DNA from: a virus
Taxonomy: Duplodnaviria; Caudoviricetes
Virus record (IMG/VR): IMGVR_UViG_3300005077_000035
Coordinates: 1 to 43,887 of that record
DNA: 43,887 bases
Strand: one strand, 5' to 3'
Below the pieces are notes generated by a model that ran no database searches, had not been told where the DNA came from, and worked only from the letters and a program-made list of their open reading frames with translations. The position numbers and the translations under genes were made by a program. Positions 35,645-43,887 of this stretch are shown here, piece by piece (position 1 is the first letter of the stretch; the number at the start of each line of letters is the position of its first letter).

Positions 35645-37577
35645 TTTTACTGACATGTCTCGTGTCTCTTATGAGTATCCGAATGGTATAAACCTCCATC
35701 CCGATTCGGAGAATCATAGGAAGTTATTAAACCTCGTCCTTGATGCGGCAGGTGAAAGCTATGATGTGATACAGCAACGCTTCTCTGCTTGGCGGGAGAT
35801 AGATCAGAAAATGACTGTCTACATTGACCTTGATACAGAGGAACAAAAGATAAAGGATAGTGATGAAAGCAGACCTGTTAGCATGGTAGTCCCTGTCATG
35901 TATGCTACTCGTGAAACCCTTTTGAGCTATCAGGTAGCTGCCTTTTTACAACAGCCGACTTTTCGTTATATTCCAAGCCGCGACCCAAAGGACACTCTTG
36001 GAGTTCTCCTCCTTGAGAATGTGGTTGAGCAGGACTGTATCAGGAGTAAGGCAGGACTTGAACTTTATTCAAGCTGGTCTGACGCCTTTACCTATGGCTT
36101 TGGTGGCTGTGCTACCTCTTACACTAAGAAGACAGGTTTGAGGACAAAAAGGATTGATAACTCCTTTGAGCTGTTTGGCATTAAACTCTTTGGCGGTCCA
36201 ACTACTCAAAGGGTAAGGGAGACCCTTTTTGAAGGGTCTGAGATATTTTCACTTGACCCTTACAATACATTGCCAGATCCTGCTGTCCCTGTGACTCAAG
36301 TTCAGAATGGTAACTATTTTGGTTGGGTTGAGAGGACTAATTACAATGACTTGTTATCAGAGGAAAGGGATTCTGAGGGGGCAGTCTTCAATGTCAAATA
36401 TATTGAAAAGAGCCAATTAAACTGTGCAAGTTCTTATTACTCCGCCAACGATGTGAATTCTGGTCGCTATGATAAGACAGGTGTTAATACTGACCCATTG
36501 CCAACTGGTTCATCTAAAAGGATTGACAAGCTTGTTATGTTCATAAAGCTCATCCCTGCCGAATATGGTCTTGGTGATGGGGAGTATCCTGAGATATGGA
36601 AGGTTGTCGTTGTAGCAGATCGGCTTATTGTAGAAGCGAGTGAACTTGGAGCTGACCATAATCAGTTGCCAGTTGGCATGTCAAGTCCGGAAAGTGATAT
36701 GCATACAACACTGCCCGTTTCCATCCTTGAAAGGGAATATCCATTACAACACGCTATTGACTGGCTTTGGAAGAGCCATGTTGCCAATGTGAGAAAAGCA
36801 GTTAATAATATGTTTGTAGTTGATCCTCAAAGGATTAACATGGACGACCTCTTGAATACTAAGTTTGGTATGGTTGCTCGTCTTAGACCTTCAGCTTGGG
36901 GCATGGGTGTGAAGGATGCGATTGAACAGTTATCTGTCTCCGATATTACAAGGAATAATATTTCAGATATTGGTTTCCTTATGGGGATAGATAATAGCGT
37001 CTTTGCTAGTCCACAGGCGAAAGGGGTTTTTGAACATAGAGGTGAACGGGTAAGTGCTCAAGAGGCAAGGGATACCAGGACAAGTTTGATGAGTAAGTTT
37101 GAGAAAACGGCTCGTTTAATGGCTATGCAGGGACATTACGACATCGCCTATCAGTTAGCCAGTAACACTATCCAATTTATGACTGAGGACAAATACATTA
37201 AATTGACTGGCGACTACCTGCAGGAGCTTGCTGAGGAATATGGAGTGGCAGGTAATTTTGTTAAGGTTTCTCCGAAAGCCCTTGATGTTAGGTTTGATGT
37301 AGTACCACAAGATGGCTCTATTCCAGGGGGTGAGTATGCCGATGTTTGGGAGCGTTTGCTTAACAACGCTGCTATGCACCCTGAAGTTTATCAAGGCTTA
37401 GACTTTGTTCGAGCCTGGAAGCACGTCGCTCGTCTACTTGGAGCAAGGAATGTGAGAGACTTCATGAAGAAGCCAGTTCAAACTTCCGTTATGGAAGAGG
37501 ATAAAATTGAAGAGTCTGTGAGAAAGGGTGACCTCGTCCCCGTTCAACAGCAACAAATACCACAGGGAGTTGTATGA
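35613..37577 (+). CDS. Portal protein
   Basis: 654 aa between TerL and scaffold; DAFTYGFG and RVSAQE motifs resemble P22/T7-type portals. Confidence 0.8.
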   Translation: MKKTPSNKDTNFTDMSRVSYEYPNGINLHPDSENHRKLLNLVLDAAGESYDVIQQRFSAWREIDQKMTVYIDLDTEEQKIKDSDESRPVSMVVPVMYATRETLLSYQVAAFLQQPTFRYIPSRDPKDTLGVLLLENVVEQDCIRSKAGLELYSSWSDAFTYGFGGCATSYTKKTGLRTKRIDNSFELFGIKLFGGPTTQRVRETLFEGSEIFSLDPYNTLPDPAVPVTQVQNGNYFGWVERTNYNDLLSEERDSEGAVFNVKYIEKSQLNCASSYYSANDVNSGRYDKTGVNTDPLPTGSSKRIDKLVMFIKLIPAEYGLGDGEYPEIWKVVVVADRLIVEASELGADHNQLPVGMSSPESDMHTTLPVSILEREYPLQHAIDWLWKSHVANVRKAVNNMFVVDPQRINMDDLLNTKFGMVARLRPSAWGMGVKDAIEQLSVSDITRNNISDIGFLMGIDNSVFASPQAKGVFEHRGERVSAQEARDTRTSLMSKFEKTARLMAMQGHYDIAYQLASNTIQFMTEDKYIKLTGDYLQELAEEYGVAGNFVKVSPKALDVRFDVVPQDGSIPGGEYADVWERLLNNAAMHPEVYQGLDFVRAWKHVARLLGARNVRDFMKKPVQTSVMEEDKIEESVRKGDLVPVQQQQIPQGVV

Positions 37578-37897
37578 CAAAGGAAGAAGTTATGTGGAGT
37601 CAGATGTCAGAACGTGACATCCTTGACTTCAAAGAGCATGTTGTTTGGTTAGCCCTTGAAGAGACTATTGAGCAGAGAATTGAACTCTTAAGGAACCTGC
37701 TTGAAAAAGGCTTCGTTGTGCAAGAGACTGTTTCAGATGGAAGGGTGGCTCAAATAACAGTCCCCATGACACTCGAACACTACAAGAAGATACAAGGAGA
37801 AATTTCAGCCTATCGGTACTTATTAGACCTACCGAGTAAGATGGCTGAGGAAGTTAAAATTAACGGAGAGAAGAGGAAGGAAGGACAAAATGGCTGA
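37574..37897 (+). CDS. Hypothetical protein (post-portal small helical protein)
   Basis: IQGEISAY..L..LP motif; coupled to the portal gene. Confidence 0.6.
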   Translation: MTKEEVMWSQMSERDILDFKEHVVWLALEETIEQRIELLRNLLEKGFVVQETVSDGRVAQITVPMTLEHYKKIQGEISAYRYLLDLPSKMAEEVKINGEKRKEGQNG

Positions 37898-38864
37898 GTT
37901 TAAAGCTGAACTATTTGAGCCTGGAGCACAAGAAAAGGGCTCTGAAAAGGCAGCAGCTGCTGAGTTACAGAATCAAATAAATGAAGTACTCGGCATCGAA
38001 CCTGTTGAGAAAAAAGAAGAGCCGGTTGAGCAGGTCGAGGAAACAGAAGAGAAACCGGAGGAGAAACCTGTTGAGGAAAAGCCTAAGGAAAAGCCAGAGG
38101 AGAAAAAGGAAGAGCCTGTGGCTAAAGAGGAAGAGGTTAGCGAAGAGGAGACTGTTGAGGAAGACGCTGATGTTAAGTCTAATAAGCTGATCGAGGAAAT
38201 TGAGCGTTTGACCTCTATCCTGACTGGAGATGCTCAGCAGAAAGTTGAAGAGAAACCTGTTGAAGAGGCAAAGGAACAAAAGCCAAAAGAACAGGAAGCT
38301 CCTGAGTCATTTGCAAAGGAGATCTTTAGTCAGAAGGTTGAGATTGGTAACTTTGTAAAACCTGAAATGTTTAAAGAGACCTTCAGCGACGATGACAGGA
38401 CGGAGTTAAACACTGTTATTACCAGCGCAGTTAATGAGTCAATCAAAGCTGTCAGACAGCAAGCCCTATCTGATGCCCTGAAAGTCCTCGCACCATTGAT
38501 GGACTATAAGATACGTGGTCATCTCGCTGCTCAAGAGTTCTGGCAACGTAATGATGACTTGGCTGGTTTGGTTAAAGAACGTCCAAAGTTAAAAAGGTAT
38601 GTCGAGCTCCGCTCGGCTCAGATACAGAAAGAACATCCAAAGTTTGATATTAATGAAGTGTTAAGTAACACAGAGAAGGAGGTAAGAGACCTATTCAAAG
38701 ACATTCTCCCTAAATACCAAAGTCAGGAAGAGAGCAACACAACGAAGAAAGCTCCAGTGTTTGTTAAGCGTCCTGGTACAGTAAAAAGAGTAGCGCCTAT
38801 GAAAAAGGCTGACAGTAATGATCAGGCAGGTCAGATTTCTGAATTGCTTGATTTCAATCATTAA
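37890..38864 (+). CDS. Capsid scaffolding protein
   Basis: E/K/P-rich low-complexity N-terminus, helical, between portal and capsid genes. Confidence 0.7.
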   Translation: MAEFKAELFEPGAQEKGSEKAAAAELQNQINEVLGIEPVEKKEEPVEQVEETEEKPEEKPVEEKPKEKPEEKKEEPVAKEEEVSEEETVEEDADVKSNKLIEEIERLTSILTGDAQQKVEEKPVEEAKEQKPKEQEAPESFAKEIFSQKVEIGNFVKPEMFKETFSDDDRTELNTVITSAVNESIKAVRQQALSDALKVLAPLMDYKIRGHLAAQEFWQRNDDLAGLVKERPKLKRYVELRSAQIQKEHPKFDINEVLSNTEKEVRDLFKDILPKYQSQEESNTTKKAPVFVKRPGTVKRVAPMKKADSNDQAGQISELLDFNH

Positions 38865-38879
38865 TGGAGGATTTTTATT

Positions 38880-39230
38880 ATGATGCCTAAAGATTTGCGG
38901 GAGAGCCTCGAAAAGGTAACTCCTCCTAATCATAGACTTTTCATCGCCAATACAGCCGCGAATGGCACGGATACTATGGAAGTGTACCAGACTGAAGTGT
39001 ATGTTGACAATGATGCTTCATATACAGAAACTTTGACACTCCCTCCTGTCGCCGAAGCTAAAGGTGTAACATACACTATTCGCGTTGTCGATGATGGTGG
39101 TCACTGCACTATTCAAGATCAAGACGACAGTCTTGAGTGGTCAGATAAAGCAACCGATGCTGATGGTGAGTATATCGTACTCTACAGCGATGGTCGTCAG
39201 TGGCATGTTGTCGTAACTGATATCACATAA
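38880..39230 (+). CDS. Putative capsid decoration / short fibre protein
   Basis: TLTLPPVAEAKGVTYTIR...LYSDGRQW motif. Confidence 0.55.
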   Translation: MMPKDLRESLEKVTPPNHRLFIANTAANGTDTMEVYQTEVYVDNDASYTETLTLPPVAEAKGVTYTIRVVDDGGHCTIQDQDDSLEWSDKATDADGEYIVLYSDGRQWHVVVTDIT

Positions 39231-39240
39231 GGAGGTAACC

Positions 39241-40218
39241 ATGAGCTTTGTTGGAAACCTCGAAAAATGGGGTATGAAAGTCAGAGCTGGCAATATTCAA
39301 ATCGAGGGACTTATTCCGGCGAGGATTGGAAAGGGTAATATCTTCTTTGTCGATCCGGCTAATGGAAGTGATAATAACAGTGGTAAGACACCTGAGCTTG
39401 CCTTAGCCTCAGTAGCTGCGGCTTATGCTAAGACGACTGATGCAAATAATGATGTTATCTACTTCATTCCTGGAGCTACGGCGGATAACCCGACAGCTTC
39501 AATTACCTGGAGTAAGAGCTACACTCATTTGATCGGCCTGTCTGGCAACTTGCCTGGCATGGGACAGCGGTGCAGAATTGTTAACACTACAACTAACGAC
39601 CTCGTAACCCTGATGACAATCAGTGGTAGTGGTTGTATCTTCAAGAATATTCAGTGGTTCGATGGCAAAGATGCTGCTGCTGATGGTGCGAATGTTCTTG
39701 TAAGTGGGAGTAGAAATAGTTTTGAAAACTGCTTCTTTGCCGGTATGGGTAACGACACTGCATCTGGACCATTCTCAAGAGCTGGTTCCTATTCGTTGAA
39801 GGTGAGCGGCGCTGAGAATAACTTCATCCGGTGCACGATTGGTCTGGATACTGTTGCGAGAACAGCCGCCAACTGTGAATTGTACCTTTCTGGAGTTCGC
39901 AATACATTTGAGGGTTGTATGATACTCTCAAATAGTACGACTGCTGGAAAGTTCCTGGTAAAGGTTGATAATGCAGCTGGTGATCTTCGTTGGAATCTTT
40001 TCAAAGGGTGTGTCTTCTATAACTACACTACGAACTGGGCTACAGGCATTACGAATGCTTTTGATATGCCTGCTGGTGGGGATACACATTCTATTCTGGT
40101 TCAGAATTGCATGTTAGCCGGTGTAGGAACTGGTTGGGCTGACACTGTTACTCATCTGTATAGTAGCGACCCTGCTCCGAATGCTGGATTTGGGATTGCT
40201 GCTGCACCGACCACTTAA
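39241..40218 (+). CDS. Beta-helix (pectin-lyase-like) virion protein, no signal peptide
   Basis: FFVDPANGSDNNSGKT; repeated N.F..C.. units; SD AAGGAGG. Confidence 0.65.
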   Translation: MSFVGNLEKWGMKVRAGNIQIEGLIPARIGKGNIFFVDPANGSDNNSGKTPELALASVAAAYAKTTDANNDVIYFIPGATADNPTASITWSKSYTHLIGLSGNLPGMGQRCRIVNTTTNDLVTLMTISGSGCIFKNIQWFDGKDAAADGANVLVSGSRNSFENCFFAGMGNDTASGPFSRAGSYSLKVSGAENNFIRCTIGLDTVARTAANCELYLSGVRNTFEGCMILSNSTTAGKFLVKVDNAAGDLRWNLFKGCVFYNYTTNWATGITNAFDMPAGGDTHSILVQNCMLAGVGTGWADTVTHLYSSDPAPNAGFGIAAAPTT

Positions 40219-40249
40219 TAACTTGATCTTAATTAGGGAGATTTGACTT

Positions 40250-41587
40250 ATGGCAGCTTTTATGGGTATGAGAGGAACAGGTGATTGGGCAACTAATCAG
40301 GTTCCTGAAAACTGGGAACAATTTATTCTCCGTGAGTTCCCTAATGGTTCTGCTCCGCTTTTTGCTATGCAGTCCATGTTTCGTAAGGAGAATGTAGATA
40401 GTCACACCTTCCATTGGTGGACTAAAACTCTTCCGACACAGGCTGTTGGTATTACGGCTGCTTCTGCCGTCTGTATAGATGCAGGTCTTGCGACACCGTA
40501 TGTCTATGCAAGTCATCAGACAACGCACGGTATTGCAGGTGGTATTCTCTACGTGAAGATTACCGAAGCCTTTGCTAAAGAGTGTCGTCGTTACCATCGC
40601 GTCCTTTTGCGTGACTCCGACCGGCAAACTGTAGATGTTCAGGGACGAATTGTAGATGTGGTCTACAATGGAGCCTCCAGCTACATCGCTGTGAAACTGA
40701 CGGAAGATGATGATAATGACGCAACTGTTGCTTCCTACAACCTTGCCACTGTTGACAGGGTTATGTTGATTGGTACTGCAATGCCTGAGGGAAGCACTCC
40801 TCCGGAAGCCATTGGCTACGACCCTGTGGAATACTCCAACTACATTCAAGAGTTCCGTGACACGTTGGATTTGACCCACATCGCTCTGGCTACCACACTG
40901 CGGACTGGTGATGCCTATAAAGAGGCAAAGATTGACACGATGGAATTGCACTCCATTGGGATTGAAAAATCCGGCTTGTTCGGTCAATCTTCACTTACCG
41001 TTGGCGAAAACAAAAAGAGAATCTTTACCTCACAAGGTATGATTCCTTTTATTCATACCAACAGTCCGTCGAATGTTGTGAACTACGTAACTGATACAGA
41101 CACACGCTTTGCCGGAAAGACCTGGCTTGAGGGAGGGAAGAAATTCCTCGATGTCTACATCACACAGCTGTTCCGCTACATTCCGGGTGGTGAAGTAATG
41201 TGCTTCGTTGGAGATCAGGCGTTATTGGCGATTAATGATTTGGCGGAGGCTTATGGGAATATTCAACTGACTCCGACTACCAAATCTTATGGTCTGGAAG
41301 TTGTTGAGTGGCGTACGCCTGCCGGTCGTGTGTATTTCAAGACTCATCCGTTGTTCAGTCATGAAACTTCCAATCAGAAAACGGCGGCATTCTTCCTTCC
41401 GAAGAATGTGAAATTCTGCCCGTTGGTTGGTGGTGGCTATAACTTTTCAACGAAGTGGGAAACTGAAATGCAGATTCCCGGTCAGCACTCAAAGGTTGAC
41501 GGTGCCTACACTGTTGGAGGGTGGAAGTTCTACCATCCAAATCAGTTCATGGTTATGTATAACTTGGGTGATGAGAACGCCGCTTAA
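40250..41587 (+). CDS. Major capsid protein (SU10/DUF5309-like HK97 fold)
   Basis: 445 aa; EGS..P...NYIQEFR...IEKSGLFG; followed by a strong terminator. Confidence 0.85.
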   Translation: MAAFMGMRGTGDWATNQVPENWEQFILREFPNGSAPLFAMQSMFRKENVDSHTFHWWTKTLPTQAVGITAASAVCIDAGLATPYVYASHQTTHGIAGGILYVKITEAFAKECRRYHRVLLRDSDRQTVDVQGRIVDVVYNGASSYIAVKLTEDDDNDATVASYNLATVDRVMLIGTAMPEGSTPPEAIGYDPVEYSNYIQEFRDTLDLTHIALATTLRTGDAYKEAKIDTMELHSIGIEKSGLFGQSSLTVGENKKRIFTSQGMIPFIHTNSPSNVVNYVTDTDTRFAGKTWLEGGKKFLDVYITQLFRYIPGGEVMCFVGDQALLAINDLAEAYGNIQLTPTTKSYGLEVVEWRTPAGRVYFKTHPLFSHETSNQKTAAFFLPKNVKFCPLVGGGYNFSTKWETEMQIPGQHSKVDGAYTVGGWKFYHPNQFMVMYNLGDENAA

Positions 41588-41590
41588 ATT

Positions 41591-41614
41591 AGGGGGAGTA
41601 ACATCCCCCTTTTT
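41591..41614 (+). terminator. Intrinsic terminator after the major capsid gene
   Basis: AGGGGGA-GTAACA-TCCCCCT-TTTT. Confidence 0.8.
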
Positions 41615-41615
41615 A

Positions 41616-41640
41616 AGTTTGTTCATAATATGAACAATCT
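41616..41640. repeat. Dispersed 25-bp palindrome, copy 8 (AGTTTGTTCATAATATGAACAATCT)
   Basis: Immediately after the capsid terminator and before the adaptor RBS. Confidence 0.85.
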
Positions 41641-41658
41641 AATTAAAGGTAGGAAACT

Positions 41659-42720
41659 ATGAATCTGTTGCAGATTAGAACCAAATTCGTTCAGCAAAAC
41701 GGTAGATATGACCTTGTTACTTCTCAGAGTAGCTTCACTGATAATGGTGCTAATTTCTTCATTCAGGCAGGACAACGTCTCCTTGACGACCTAAACCCAA
41801 CAAGGAAAGAGTTGTCGAGGTTTGTTAAGGACATCTCTGTTGGACAGAGTAGTGTTTTTATGAAGCATATTAGGTCAATAGACTCTGTCTATGTTAAAGC
41901 ATCTGGTGAAGCAAGGAGTGATTTGTATTCAAAGCCTTATTCATGGATGATAGAGGAATATGGTGAAGACTTTGGTGAGCAAGCTAAAGGGATTGGTACT
42001 TTTTCAGCCCTTCCTTCTAACAATGAGACATTGACGATTGGAACTGAAACCTACACTTTCAAGACTACTCGTTCAGCTTCTTATCAGGTGGCAATAGCTA
42101 CTACCATCAGTGTCTTGATTGACAACCTTGTCTCTGAAATTAATACCTACTCCTCTCTTGCTAAGGCTTATAAGCTGTCAGCAACTACCTTCTGCGTTGA
42201 GTATTATTTGGTTGGGACAGCTGGAAATGCCATTGCCTTTTCTACAACTTCGGCAGGTCTCAGCCTCGATGGGAGCGGGTATCTTGGAGGGGCATTGGCT
42301 GGTAGAGCTAACCTGACAACTCAGGGAACACCTATGTATTTTACAGTCCTCCAATCGACACCGCACCCTGAAATAACATTGTCGACACTTGGTTCTTATG
42401 AAACAAGCCATCTCTATTTTGGTCTTGATAGGTTTCAGAAAGATGGTATCTTCTTTCTCCCTGCAGCAGATAAAGCCTACACCATGCACATCTTTGCTCA
42501 GCCGTATAGTTTATTGGAAAATGACCTTGACATTTCATACCACAGTGAGATGAAACCTGAACTGCTTATTATGGCAGCTAATTTCGTCCTTGAAGCCACT
42601 TATCGTAATAGGTCTGGCATGGATGATTGGGGAGCTGCTATAAAGAAGATAGTTGATGGTATGGATAAAAGTCTCGCCCTCCAAGAAAGTCAAATGGCTG
42701 GCAATCAATTTTGGGGGTAA
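41659..42720 (+). CDS. Head-tail adaptor / tail tubular protein A-like, with an inserted domain
   Basis: MNLLQIR...FIQAGQR N-terminus and P.AD.AY...PELLI.AA C-terminus; first gene after the capsid gene. Confidence 0.6.
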   Translation: MNLLQIRTKFVQQNGRYDLVTSQSSFTDNGANFFIQAGQRLLDDLNPTRKELSRFVKDISVGQSSVFMKHIRSIDSVYVKASGEARSDLYSKPYSWMIEEYGEDFGEQAKGIGTFSALPSNNETLTIGTETYTFKTTRSASYQVAIATTISVLIDNLVSEINTYSSLAKAYKLSATTFCVEYYLVGTAGNAIAFSTTSAGLSLDGSGYLGGALAGRANLTTQGTPMYFTVLQSTPHPEITLSTLGSYETSHLYFGLDRFQKDGIFFLPAADKAYTMHIFAQPYSLLENDLDISYHSEMKPELLIMAANFVLEATYRNRSGMDDWGAAIKKIVDGMDKSLALQESQMAGNQFWG

Positions 42721-42724
42721 AACT

Positions 42725-43003
42725 ATGAAAAGGGATATACCTGGATATAAATGGGAGGATGAGGAAAATGCAAGACTCGGGCGTAACGATGAAAAGAAAA
42801 GTACCACTAAGAATGTCTCAAGTTCAAGCAGCGTCGGAAACGTTATTCGGGAAGAAACTGTCAAACCTGGAGAAGCAGTTGGAGGAGTTGATCGAAAAGG
42901 TAGCAGTGTTGGAAAGCCTGCTGGGGCACAAGGAAGGACTGATTCAACCTCCTTTGGAAGTGGGAAAATTAAAAAGCCTGCCAAAGGGAAAGGTGGGAAG
43001 TAA
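42725..43003 (+). CDS. Small K/G/S-rich hypothetical protein
   Basis: Likely start ATG 42725 (MKRDIPGY); 92 aa, low complexity. Confidence 0.5.
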   Translation: MKRDIPGYKWEDEENARLGRNDEKKSTTKNVSSSSSVGNVIREETVKPGEAVGGVDRKGSSVGKPAGAQGRTDSTSFGSGKIKKPAKGKGGK

Positions 43004-43143
43004 TGCCGGTTAAAGCTGTTGGTAATAAGATAGTAGAGGTCAACACTGGTAAAGTTGTTGGTCACTCGAAAGATAACGCAACCGCGAAAAAGGCTGCTCG
43101 TATTAGGAACTGGAAGCATTCTGAGAAAAAGGGCAAAAAGTGA
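43003..43143 (+). CDS. Small basic protein (46 aa)
   Basis: MPVKAVGNKIVEVNTGKVVGHSKDNATAKKAARIRNWKHSEKKGKK; coupled to both neighbours (TAATG and GTGA). Confidence 0.55.
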   Translation: MPVKAVGNKIVEVNTGKVVGHSKDNATAKKAARIRNWKHSEKKGKK

Positions 43144-43887
43144 AAGAGTTTTCCATAAGAAAAGATGAGTTCTCTAAGGGACTCCGTCAACACCATAAGT
43201 CAGTTAGGAATAAGTTTAATCTCTTCGATCTCTATAACTTAAGTCCTACTAAAATGGGTCTTGTTCCATTTGAAGAAGTAACCAATCCATTCCCTGAAGA
43301 CCTCCTTGAGGGAGGGTTATTGGAGTTAGACTTTCCGTTTCCTCAGTTGTTTATAGGAAAAGCTGTTACTCTCCTTGCAGCTCGTGATAAAGTCTACTCC
43401 GTCGATAAGGACGATTGGTCTGCCATCTATGAACTTGACCTTTATGATGCTGAAAATACAGGAAGTACTAAAAGCATCACACCAGGTGGTTCTTGGGAGT
43501 TTATCGACCTGTGGGATACCTGGTATTTGACTAATGGGAAGTGTACACTATTTTCAGTCTCAAAGGATGTGATGACTGGTGGCTCCTTCAAGGTGTACAT
43601 TCATGATGGAGTCCCTATTTCTTGTGGTACTGCTTTTAAAGGAAGAGTCCTTTTTGGTGGTTTTGACTATAACCATTTTTGGAATTCTACTTGGCAAACC
43701 TTCTGGAATGCGTGGGTGGATAGTGAAGTGTCAACAGGGTTGAGCTTGACAAGGGAAAAGGGTACTGATACTGTCACTATGCCTGTGGAAGAGAATTGGG
43801 TTTGGTGGAGTTCAATCGGCGGTGGTGATACTCTATTCCTCTTTTTCCCTACTCTCGTTGGAGAGACTGGTTTCCTATCAACAACTT
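43140..43887 (+). CDS. N-terminal part (3'-truncated) of putative tail nozzle protein
   Basis: Open from GTG 43140 to the window end (249 codons; ...AFKGRVLFGGF...WVWWSSIGGGD); not in the ORF track because it has no stop codon. Confidence 0.6.
   Translation, partial: MKEFSIRKDEFSKGLRQHHKSVRNKFNLFDLYNLSPTKMGLVPFEEVTNPFPEDLLEGGLLELDFPFPQLFIGKAVTLLAARDKVYSVDKDDWSAIYELDLYDAENTGSTKSITPGGSWEFIDLWDTWYLTNGKCTLFSVSKDVMTGGSFKVYIHDGVPISCGTAFKGRVLFGGFDYNHFWNSTWQTFWNAWVDSEVSTGLSLTREKGTDTVTMPVEENWVWWSSIGGGDTLFLFFPTLVGETGFLSTT

Noticed and set aside
37995-38300. Short direct repeats (GAGAAACCTGTTGA and similar)
   Set aside because: Explained by EEKPVEE-type low-complexity coding in the scaffold protein.
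40229-40987. 252-aa minus-strand ORF and other antisense ORFs in the late arm (for example 7438..7863, 37965..38279, 42535..43119)
   Set aside because: They lie opposite well-supported structural genes and have no RBS or recognisable motifs.
9355-41640. 25-bp palindromes as CRISPR repeats, with the Cas4-like nuclease as a cas gene
   Set aside because: The copies are kilobases apart with no repeat-spacer periodicity. The nuclease sits in a standard nuclease-Sak4-SSB recombination module.
43140-43887. Exact circular closure of the window
   Set aside because: Joining the last base to position 1 puts the nozzle gene out of frame (stop within about 10 codons) and I saw no terminal overlap, so some sequence is probably missing.

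Overview
The window is a near-complete genome of a podovirus-like tailed dsDNA phage (~44 kb). Both ends fall inside what appears to be the same tail nozzle gene, with a small gap. It has two divergent arms. The minus-strand early/replication arm (26.3 to 10.3 kb) carries small hypothetical genes, an NlpC/P60 peptidase, a PD-(D/E)XK nuclease, a Sak4-like ATPase, an SSB-like protein, a ParB-DNA methyltransferase fusion, a UDG-PolA fusion polymerase, a DUF3987-like helicase, MazG and a DEDDh exonuclease. The plus-strand late arm (27.5 kb through the end to 10.2 kb) carries TerS, TerL, portal, scaffold, major capsid, adaptor, nozzle, ejection proteins (including a 1888-aa polyvalent protein with an ADP-ribosyltransferase-like domain) and holin-like genes. 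I found no integrase or RNA polymerase. The main unusual features are: (1) five consecutive genes between TerS and TerL that all have signal peptides (four with Gln+1, one lipobox), include tailspike-like and FN3/CBM-like folds, and are rich in FCB-type O-glycosylation sequons D-(S/T)-x; (2) eight dispersed copies of a 25-bp palindrome and four of a related 15-bp palindrome; (3) a canonical parS site, plus a ParB-HTH-MTase with a non-canonical catalytic motif; (4) two non-canonical tRNA-like elements; (5) a PolA with Asp at the steric gate and His at position 762. All calls come from reading motifs by eye; no database searches were run.
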